The translations under genes were made by a program, and so were the position numbers. The notes under the pieces were generated by a model that was not told where the DNA came from, did no database searches, and saw nothing but the letters and a program-made list of their open reading frames with translations. Below are positions 56,642 through 63,846 of a stretch of DNA of 64,000 nucleotides, one piece after another (within the stretch, counting starts at the first letter, position 1; every line of letters starts with the position of its first letter). Source of the DNA: Patescibacteria group bacterium (lineage in GTDB: Bacteria > Patescibacteriota > Microgenomatia > Levybacterales > UBA12049); the NCBI GenBank assembly GCA_035510555.1, contig DATKGX010000048.1, positions 12,148 to 76,147 on the forward strand, read 5' to 3'.

Positions 56642-57124
56642 ATGAATGAGAGATTTACTCCTCAAGAGCTTTATGATTTTATAGATAGAGCAGGCAAGGC
56701 AACCTATGCAGGAGGTGGAAAATATGAAGAGCATCCAGAGCGACCTGGATTTTTTGAATTAGTCTACGATAAAGAATTGCCTTGGTATTACAGGGATAGC
56801 TATGCAGGACATTCTAGGTCTGGAGGACAAGAGGTTGTTAGATTGAATGATGAATTAATTTGGTGGTCAGGATATGGTGGAGGCATGGTTGAAGGAAGAG
56901 AAGACATGTCCAATCAAACTTTTGATTTTCTTAAGAAGGCTCTATCCCAAGACGATGAAGGATTTAAATCTCTAAGAGGTCCTCATGAATTTGCGGATGG
57001 AGATTGGAAATATGCCTATACCCAAGATGGAGATATAACAGATTTTTATGGATATGAAGAGATTTCCTACAAAGGAGAAAAAGTGTTCTGGCACAGAGCG
57101 GTTGGCGGAATATTAAAGAAATAA
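56642..57124 (+). CDS. Hypothetical protein (about 160 aa)
   Basis: The start is re-placed at MNERFTPQ (56642), 7 nt downstream of the TATAAT. The 21-codon extension from 56579 lies inside the conserved junction repeat. Confidence 0.55.
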   Translation: MNERFTPQELYDFIDRAGKATYAGGGKYEEHPERPGFFELVYDKELPWYYRDSYAGHSRSGGQEVVRLNDELIWWSGYGGGMVEGREDMSNQTFDFLKKALSQDDEGFKSLRGPHEFADGDWKYAYTQDGDITDFYGYEEISYKGEKVFWHRAVGGILKK

Positions 57125-57168
57125 CGCCCATCCCACGAAAATAGCCTCAAAAACTAACTGCATAAAAA

Positions 57169-57531
57169 TTATTTTGAATTATACCATTGATGAAATTCTG
57201 TACATTTACCGTTTTCATCTAGGATCACTTTATAAATTCCATCTAATTCTGCCTTTTCCCCTGAAGATAATCTCGTAAAAGTTGCGTGCCAATGAGCAAT
57301 ACCAATGTTATTCTCTAAACTTAATATTTCGTAAGTTACTTTTATATCATCCTGATCTAAAACAGTTTGCCACTCTTGTAATAATTTCTCTTTAGTAGTT
57401 ATCAGGTCATCAAAAGGAGTTTCATACCATAAAAACTTTTCAGCAACCAAATCCAAAACTCCATTAGGATTTTTTGGCTCCCAAACATTTATAAGTTTTT
57501 TCAACCAATCTTCAAATTGTTCTTTTGTCAT
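57169..57531 (-). CDS. NTF2-like/SnoaL-like small protein
   Basis: 120 aa with an alpha+beta-cone-like pattern (W...W..H.AT...G). Last cargo gene, on the opposite strand. Confidence 0.4.
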   Translation of the reverse strand: MTKEQFEDWLKKLINVWEPKNPNGVLDLVAEKFLWYETPFDDLITTKEKLLQEWQTVLDQDDIKVTYEILSLENNIGIAHWHATFTRLSSGEKAELDGIYKVILDENGKCTEFHQWYNSK

Positions 57532-57741
57532 TAAAAATATTATATCAAATTACCCAGCCTTGGCGGCACAGATATTCAAATCTTCGCTAAGTAGTTATTT
57601 TTGCAGTTTACAAGAATTTTCTTCTACTTATATTTAAGTAAACATAGATGTAAGGAGCTTGATGTTAATTAAAATAATGGCGTTTATAGATTGTCTAAAC
57701 TATTAACCCAGTAAGGGGAAATCGAAAGAACTATTATTAAG

Positions 57742-58560
57742 TCACATTGCAACGTTAGTGTTTGATCCTACTTTATACACAAGAACTCTAGTGAAATTTT
57801 GTCCTGATGTGGGTCTTCTTTTTATGGGTTCGGGATTTCTTGGATCCGTCGTTTTCATGTAGTCTAGCGCACTTGCTTCTTTCCCTTCCGGCCAATCTCT
57901 GGCTTCGACAATCCCATATTTATCATTTTCTGCCCTATACCCAGTATAACTTCTAACTATATTCGTACCATCGCCCCATCTACCACCAACAGCCGGCATT
58001 AATTCTGCTTTTGTCTTATCAATCCCAAGCACATCATATGTTGACTGTATCGCTTCTTCCCTACCAACATAGTCATCCGGTATATCAACGAATACGCCAT
58101 AAGCTCCGTGTTTCTGGGTGTTTACTTCTGCTACCGCATCTAATAATGCGTCTTTAGCGTCTCTTGATTCTGGGTGTCTAGCAGCGCTAAGAGCTCTTCG
58201 TCTCTCTATCAATGTGCGCTCCGCTACAAGTAATTCTCTTGCGGCTTCAGTAACAGCAGGTATTCTTCCTAAAATCTCTTCAGCTTTAGCATCTTGTCCT
58301 AGTCTTTTTAATTCACTTGCCGCTCTATGATAGCTACTCTTAACCTCAGACGCTAGTTGCTGCTCTTCGGGATCTAGTTCCTCTGAATGAGCTTCTTGTA
58401 GTTCCGCATTCTCTGCTACTTCAGCAGATGGAACGGGCGAATATGCTCCTGCTGTTTCGGGATGTTGTTGCGGTTCAGCTGAAACGGGAGCTGCTTGTGC
58501 TTCCGCGGCTACTTGAGATGTTGCTCCGGCTGGCGGTTCTCCTCCGAATGGATTAGTCAT
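57742..58560 (-). CDS. Hypothetical protein, Ala/Glu/Pro-rich N-terminal half
   Basis: ORF track gives 57742..58596. Start re-placed at MTNPFGG (58560), which is 6 nt downstream of a CATAAT -10 (leaderless). Markedly GC-richer than its surroundings. Confidence 0.5.
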   Translation of the reverse strand: MTNPFGGEPPAGATSQVAAEAQAAPVSAEPQQHPETAGAYSPVPSAEVAENAELQEAHSEELDPEEQQLASEVKSSYHRAASELKRLGQDAKAEEILGRIPAVTEAARELLVAERTLIERRRALSAARHPESRDAKDALLDAVAEVNTQKHGAYGVFVDIPDDYVGREEAIQSTYDVLGIDKTKAELMPAVGGRWGDGTNIVRSYTGYRAENDKYGIVEARDWPEGKEASALDYMKTTDPRNPEPIKRRPTSGQNFTRVLVYKVGSNTNVAM

Positions 58561-58566
58561 AAGCTT

Positions 58567-58596
58567 ATTATGAATGAAATTTTTAGATATTGTCAA
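58567..58596 (-). promoter_or_regulatory. Promoter TTGACA-N18-CATAAT for the 58560 gene, flanked by the inverted repeat TTAGATAT/ATATCTAA
   Basis: -10 = rc(58567-58572) and -35 = rc(58591-58596). The AGCTATTGACAAT motif is shared with the TA-operon promoter. Confidence 0.45.
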
Positions 58597-58703
58597 TAGC
58601 TATATCTAAAATAATAAAGGAGCATTAATCCATTTGTAAAATCCATTGCCAATCAATAACCGCAGGCGTATAATTTTGCTAAAGAATAAATTAAATCATA
58701 TTT

Positions 58704-59522
58704 ATGAGTAAAAATTATTTTTCATTTATAGATGAAAGCGGTAATTCCTCCCAAGAAAGATATTTTGGATTGGGACTTTTGGTGATAGATGATGAAATTG
58801 GTGACTTCTATGATTCAATGAAATCTTTCTATGACAAAGCAAAAGATGTTGCTCGTGCTCAGAAAACAGCAAGAATTGCAGACCTGACAAAAAAAGAAGA
58901 ATACGAGCAGATTGCGGAAATAGCAAAAAGCACAAGAAGCTTTGAATTAAAATTTAAATATATTAATTCAACAAATAATACTATTTACAGTTCCTTGTTG
59001 GATAATTATTTTAAGTTTCCGAATGTAAGATTTTGCGCTCTTGTTATTGATAGACAAAAACAAAATACAAAATCTAGCTGGGCACCTGTTATTAACCCGT
59101 GGGAAACTTATATCTTGCAAGCATCCATGTTAATCGCAAACAATATTAAAAATATTTCTCCATGCAATCTGTGCATCTTGGCAGATGATTTAACTAGACC
59201 TTCTGATATTAAGAAGTCGTTTGAGCGTTCACTGGCGGATGCAATTAAATATAGATTAACAAAAAATAAAATGCCAGATACTGTATTTGGAGTAAGTAGA
59301 CTTGAATCGCATTCGTCTTTGTTATTACAAGTCGTTGATATTTTACTTGGTGCAGTAATGTATGATTTCAAAAAATCAGCGGGGTTAATTTCAGATAAAC
59401 TTTCTGAGAAACAAGAGATAGTTGTTGATAACTTAAAACAAAAATTGGGGACTACTAGTTTAGCTCAAAATAAAACTTATCATAAGCCAAGCTATTTTTC
59501 TGTGTGGGAATTAAGTAAATAA
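58704..59522 (+). CDS. DUF3800 family protein
   Basis: 272 aa. N-terminal FIDESGNS and C-terminal ...HSSLLLQVVDILLGAV motifs characteristic of DUF3800. Confidence 0.55.
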   Translation: MSKNYFSFIDESGNSSQERYFGLGLLVIDDEIGDFYDSMKSFYDKAKDVARAQKTARIADLTKKEEYEQIAEIAKSTRSFELKFKYINSTNNTIYSSLLDNYFKFPNVRFCALVIDRQKQNTKSSWAPVINPWETYILQASMLIANNIKNISPCNLCILADDLTRPSDIKKSFERSLADAIKYRLTKNKMPDTVFGVSRLESHSSLLLQVVDILLGAVMYDFKKSAGLISDKLSEKQEIVVDNLKQKLGTTSLAQNKTYHKPSYFSVWELSK

Positions 59523-59688
59523 AAATGCGGGTCATGGACAAGAAACCCACACCCGCATTAGTGATTATATCGTAACCGATTCTAAAATACAAAGTCAAGT
59601 GAATAAAGTATTTTGACATAGAAAGTTGTAGTTGAAAATCCTCGTGAAACTATCTCAAATTTACTCTTCGTGTTATAATACACTCGAT

Positions 59689-59898
59689 ATGGATAGTCCT
59701 GAAAACAAGAAAACGCTTGGAGATAAATTCAGAATTGCCAGAGAGGAACAAAACCTTACGCAGTTACAGGTGGCAAAAAAAGCCGGCATTAGCGTTAATT
59801 ACTACGCAAGAGTTGAAAGAGGCGATCCAGATGCAAGGTGGAGCGTTATAAATAGTATTGCTAAGGCATTAGGAATAAACGTAAAACTTCCTATTTAA
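59689..59898 (+). CDS. XRE-family helix-turn-helix transcriptional regulator
   Basis: ORF track starts at 59632. The start is preferred at MDSPENKK (59689), 9 nt downstream of TATAAT 59674-59679. HTH LTQLQVAKKAGISVNYYARVERG. Confidence 0.7.
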   Translation: MDSPENKKTLGDKFRIAREEQNLTQLQVAKKAGISVNYYARVERGDPDARWSVINSIAKALGINVKLPI

Positions 59899-59930
59899 AA
59901 TAACTGTTAAAGTTCTTTCCCTTTAGTTAA

Positions 59931-60083
59931 TTTTTCTAGTATAATATGCTTCGGAGTAACCAGTGTCTTTTGATAAAAATATATCGTTTTCAGCTTCCTT
60001 TTGCCCTTGATACGAAAGCACAATTTTCTGTATCCAAGGCAGGAAGTGTTCAAAAGAAAATGCACTGGCGGTACTCAGTGAGA
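59931..60083. repeat. About 145-bp right-arm repeat, copy A (ends in the att core)
   Basis: About 75% identical to 60941-61085. The last roughly 45 bp (TATCCAAGGCAGGAAGTGTTCAAAAGAAAATGCACTGGCGGTAC) are near-identical. Confidence 0.6.
60065..60083. repeat. attR core: second copy of the 19-bp direct repeat CTGGCGGTACTCAGTGAGA
   Basis: Exact match to 45567-45585. Confidence 0.75.
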
Positions 60084-60318
60084 TAACGCTCAAAAAAAGC
60101 TATTTTTAGCCTCGGGATTGTGTTCAATTTCGAAGTTTTCAGAAAAATTTTTTTGAAGCTAATTTTCCGCAGACGCGATTGAGAGTTGAACACTTTCAGG
60201 GCTGTTAAAATCCAACGCCTCTGAGCATGTCGGTATAGAACCATTCTATCGTTATAGCGGTATCTCGTCCCTGATACTAAATTAGTTAGGCTAATGAGGA
60301 ATATTTCTTTTATTTGAA

Positions 60319-60570
60319 TTATTCATAGACTGTTGCTCTATGTCCCGCAGTAAGAATGTCTACTACTTTATCTTTTTTATTAACCTTATAAATTATTCTA
60401 TACACACCTACTCGAAAAGAAAATTTGCCTGTAAGTTCCATGGTTAAGGGCTTACCTAAAAAAGGTTCTTCTTTTATTTCCGCGAATGCCAAAATGATTG
60501 CTTTTTGATGAGGATGTGATATTTTTTTAATTTCGCTTTCTGCTCTTGAAGAAATTCGTAATTTATACAT
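60319..60570 (-). CDS. Type II toxin, RelE/ParE family
   Basis: 83 aa. C-terminal ...YRIIYKVNKKDKVVDILTAGHRATVYE. 8-nt overlap with the upstream antitoxin gene. Confidence 0.75.
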   Translation of the reverse strand: MYKLRISSRAESEIKKISHPHQKAIILAFAEIKEEPFLGKPLTMELTGKFSFRVGVYRIIYKVNKKDKVVDILTAGHRATVYE

Positions 60571-60838
60571 GAAGATTTAACTCTTTTTTGAGTTGTTCAA
60601 ATGTTACAAACCGATCATTTTTTATATCATCTTCTCCTTCTCTAATTGCATACAATAATCCTGAATCAGCCATAATTTCATTCGTTTCTTTCCAAGACTG
60701 GTATTCGGCAGCAGAAATAAGAACTGCTGCAGGTAATCCGTTTACAGTAATAATATATTCTTCTAGTTTCTTATTTGCATTTTCAACCAGAGTAGTTAAA
60801 TCTTCTCTTGCTTTTGTGATAGGTAATGTGTGTGTCAT
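60563..60838 (-). CDS. Type II antitoxin, Phd/YefM family
   Basis: 91 aa. ...PITKAREDLTTLVE...ITVNGLPAAVLISAAEYQSWKETNEI. Promoter TTGACA-N17-TAATAT with 6 nt to the ATG. Confidence 0.75.
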   Translation of the reverse strand: MTHTLPITKAREDLTTLVENANKKLEEYIITVNGLPAAVLISAAEYQSWKETNEIMADSGLLYAIREGEDDIKNDRFVTFEQLKKELNLHV

Positions 60839-60940
60839 AAGTAAATATTACAGAATTATGTACAAATTGTCAATAGCTAAAAAAATGTTTAATGCGTAGG
60901 ACTTGAGTTGTGCAACAAAAATCTATCAGTTTATTTTCTT

Positions 60941-61085
60941 GGTATAATAAGTTTCGGAGTACTTAATATTTTCTGGCGAAAATATATCATTTTTAATATT
61001 CCTTTGCTCTTGATATGAAATTATGATTTTATATATCCAAGGCAGAAAGTGTTCAAAAGAAAATGCACTAGCGGTACAAAGTCCC
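60941..61085. repeat. About 145-bp right-arm repeat, copy B (ends in the degenerate att-like CACTAGCGGTACAAAGTCCC)
   Basis: See copy A. Begins with TGgTATAAT like copy A. Confidence 0.55.
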
Positions 61086-61089
61086 ATAG

Positions 61090-61428
61090 TTGATTTTTGA
61101 CTTAGATTCTGGTATATTTCCATTCATGACTCAAGAATCAAAAGGTGGAGTTTCTCCGAACAATCAGGCATTTTCTGCGCAACAAGAAAGACGCATTGCG
61201 AATTATTTACAGGGTCGCAAGAACCGCATAAGAAAAATTAGCTATCATCAAACACTAACAGAGACCGAACAATTAACAATCCAAACATGTCCAGGATACA
61301 ATGAAGCACTAGACAGAGCCCTACTTGATACTTACCATGAAAAGAAGTGCCGAGATTGTCGCGTAGAAGTATCTGTAGAAGCAGCTATTGATAGAATAGA
61401 CATATGGGGCAAATGTCCAAAGACATAA
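61090..61428 (+). CDS. Hypothetical Cys-rich small protein (possible zinc ribbon)
   Basis: 112 aa with CPGYN...CRDC...GKCPKT. Start may be the internal Met at 61126. Confidence 0.4.
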   Translation: MIFDLDSGIFPFMTQESKGGVSPNNQAFSAQQERRIANYLQGRKNRIRKISYHQTLTETEQLTIQTCPGYNEALDRALLDTYHEKKCRDCRVEVSVEAAIDRIDIWGKCPKT

Positions 61429-61646
61429 CGCTCTCCTTTAAAGGGGATAGTTTTAAATTTCAAATCTTTAACTCTTCAACTCTACTTAGATTCTAATAAC
61501 TAATGGTAGTAAGCCTTACGGTGGGAGTAATGCTTGGATTTAATATTTCTTTCCACTTCTCGAAAGAAGTACGAATTTGGCTCCTCCCATTCGCTATCGC
61601 TCAGGGATTTATCTCTGCGGAGGGAAATTCTGAAACATTAGGGGTA

Positions 61647-61826
61647 CTAAATCAATGAGTAGATGAAAGGGGCGACACCGGTTGCCTGGGCAAAGAAAAC
61701 CAACAATCCAAAAACTATTAAAAGAACTATGAACGGAATAATAAACCACATTTTTGCTTTCCACAAAAACTTAAATAAATCATTTAGCTCACCCGCCCGA
61801 GAAAATATGCCTTTAATAAATTTCAT
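61647..61826 (-). CDS. SxtK-like (DUF5989-like) 59-aa single-TM membrane protein. Not in the ORF track (below its length cutoff)
   Basis: Manual reverse-complement translation gives MKFIKGIFSRAGELNDLFKFLWKAKMWFIIPFIVLLIVFGLLVFFAQATGVAPFIYSLI*. Its start overlaps the carbamoyltransferase stop by 4 nt. Confidence 0.55.
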   Translation of the reverse strand: MKFIKGIFSRAGELNDLFKFLWKAKMWFIIPFIVLLIVFGLLVFFAQATGVAPFIYSLI

Positions 61827-63610
61827 TTAATATCTTCTTTCCTTATTATATAATTTTCCAGAGCCAAAATATCAAGCCCCGATTTTTTGAAAGTATTCAA
61901 AGCATTCGCCGGCGAATTAACAATCGGCTCACCTTTTAAGTTAAACGAGGTATTCATTAAAACATAAACTCCGGTTCTGTCTCCAAATTTTTTGATCAGA
62001 TTATAATAGCGGGCATTTTGCTTTTTAGAAATAATTTGAAACCGGCCCGTTCCGTCAACGTGGGTTACCGCCGGAATGATTTTTCGTTTGGCTTTTTTAA
62101 CCGGGAAAACCGCCAGCATATAATTGGTAAGATATTCGTGCTCTTTACTGCCGACTTCAAAATATTCGGAGGCTTTCTCTGTCATCGTCACCGGAGCAAA
62201 CGGTCGGTAAGGTTCCCTAAATTTAATTTTTGTGTTGACGATTTCCTTCATCTCTTCTTTGCGCGGACTGGCGACAATTGAACGTGCGCCCAAAGCTCTT
62301 GGCCCCCATTCCGAACGGCCGTGAAAAAATCCGATAGCTTTATCTTGGACTAAAGTATCCACCAAAAGGCTGACTAATTTCTCCTCCGAAGTAATTTTGG
62401 TGTATTTTAGTTTTTGACTTTTGAGGAATTTTTCAATTTCTGAAGAAGTGAAATCTTCACCGAAATAACAATCGGTTTGGGTAAAAACGCGTTTCTTATT
62501 TAAAATGGCGTGATAGGCGTAAAAAGCTGCGCCCATTGAACCACCATCATCTCCGGCAGCCGGTTGGATAAAAATCCGCTTAAATGGACCTTTTGTTAAA
62601 AGAACTCCATTGGCAACTGAATTGAGGCCGACGCCCCCCGCCATACACAGATTTTCCAGTTTTGTTTCTTCGTAAAGCTTATTGACCAAATTGAGCAATA
62701 GCTCTTCGGTAAAAGCTTGAATCGAAGCGGCAATGTCGGCAAATCTTTGGTTAAGCTGGCAAATCTCGGCGTAATTTTCCGGTTTCTGTCCAAAATAACT
62801 CGGGTAGCCGGAGGTTTTGGTAAAAAAATGTAAATCTTTTGGCCGCGGTTCTCCGAATAATTCCTCGAATTTCCGGCTGTAAGATTTGGTCGAAGATTTA
62901 TGATAGCTAAAATAATCCATGTCCAGAGTAAACGAGCCGTCTTTGTAAACTTTAACCAATTTTCGCACTTTATCTAAATAAACTGGCTTGCCGTAAGGCG
63001 CCATTCCCATTACTTTGTATTCTCCATCATTAACTTCAAAGCCCAAAAAAGCGGTAAAAGCGGAATACAAAAGGCCGATGCTATGCGGAAATTTAATTTC
63101 TTTTTTGATGTGGATTTTATTACCCTCTCCGACTCCCATGGTGGTGGATGTCCACTCGCCAACTCCGTCAACGGTTAAGATGGCCGCCTTTTCAAAACCG
63201 GACGCGTAGAAAGCCGAGGCCGCATGCGAGACATGGTGTGGGACAAACAATATTTTCTTGGGGTCAAGATTTAACTCTCCAGCAAAAATCGAACGGACCC
63301 ACAATTTATCCGTTAACCAGTTGAGCATTGCTTTGGCAAATAAGAGTGATGAAAAAGGATAAGTGGCTAACGTTGATTGCAAAATTCGCTCGAATTTCCA
63401 GAACGGCTTTTCGTAAAAAACCACGTAGTCTAAATCTTTGGTTTTGATACCGGCTCTTTTTAAACAAAATTCAATTGCTAATTTTGGGAAACCGCTATCG
63501 TGCTTAATCCGACTGAATCTTTCTTCGGCCGAGGCCGCGACAACTTTTCCGTCTTTAAGTAGACAAACGGCAGATTCGTGATAAAAGCAGGAAATTCCTA
63601 AAATATACAT
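61823..63610 (-). CDS. Carbamoyltransferase (NodU/CmcH family)
   Basis: ORF track gives 61823..63658. Start preferred at MYILGISCFYHESAVCLLKDGKVVAASAEERFSRIKHD (63610), the typical N-terminus of NodU/CmcH enzymes. Confidence 0.8.
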   Translation of the reverse strand: MYILGISCFYHESAVCLLKDGKVVAASAEERFSRIKHDSGFPKLAIEFCLKRAGIKTKDLDYVVFYEKPFWKFERILQSTLATYPFSSLLFAKAMLNWLTDKLWVRSIFAGELNLDPKKILFVPHHVSHAASAFYASGFEKAAILTVDGVGEWTSTTMGVGEGNKIHIKKEIKFPHSIGLLYSAFTAFLGFEVNDGEYKVMGMAPYGKPVYLDKVRKLVKVYKDGSFTLDMDYFSYHKSSTKSYSRKFEELFGEPRPKDLHFFTKTSGYPSYFGQKPENYAEICQLNQRFADIAASIQAFTEELLLNLVNKLYEETKLENLCMAGGVGLNSVANGVLLTKGPFKRIFIQPAAGDDGGSMGAAFYAYHAILNKKRVFTQTDCYFGEDFTSSEIEKFLKSQKLKYTKITSEEKLVSLLVDTLVQDKAIGFFHGRSEWGPRALGARSIVASPRKEEMKEIVNTKIKFREPYRPFAPVTMTEKASEYFEVGSKEHEYLTNYMLAVFPVKKAKRKIIPAVTHVDGTGRFQIISKKQNARYYNLIKKFGDRTGVYVLMNTSFNLKGEPIVNSPANALNTFKKSGLDILALENYIIRKEDIK

Positions 63611-63846
63611 CAGTATGGTTTTTGGGCTTGAATTAAATTTTCCTCGGGGTGCTCCCAAACAGAAAAATTACTCTTCAGACTCTTGTTTTTCTTAGTTCTT
63701 AAGGGATCGGAAAATAGAGCAAATGGCAAACCCACTACCCATAAGAGAACGTAATAAAACACGGTAAAAATTACCAGTCCCTGAAAGTTACCGGCTTTTC
63801 GGGCAAATCTACGCCACTTTCCCCACAAAAACTTTAATAAATTCAT
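63610..63846 (-). CDS. SxtJ-like small membrane protein (78 aa)
   Basis: Hydrophobic core FQGLVIFTVFYYVLLWVVGLPFALF. Stop and start overlap the carbamoyltransferase start, indicating translational coupling. Confidence 0.5.
   Translation of the reverse strand: MNLLKFLWGKWRRFARKAGNFQGLVIFTVFYYVLLWVVGLPFALFSDPLRTKKNKSLKSNFSVWEHPEENLIQAQKPY

Noticed and set aside
52437-57160. Classical integron (IntI + attC) interpretation of the cassette array
   Set aside because: No tyrosine IntI integrase is present, and the only recombinase is a serine recombinase. The conserved junction motif does not fit the attC R''/R' consensus (RYYYAAC...GTTRRRY). Each cassette carries its own promoter.
59524-59562. 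Terminator after the DUF3800 gene (AATGCGGGT ... ACCCGCATT)
   Set aside because: The 9-bp stem has an 18-nt loop and no downstream T-run. It may be a structured element, but it is not a confident intrinsic terminator.
60050-60244. 64-aa minus-strand ORF spanning attR
   Set aside because: It lies across the att core and flanking non-coding repeat arm, has no promoter or start context, and is likely spurious.
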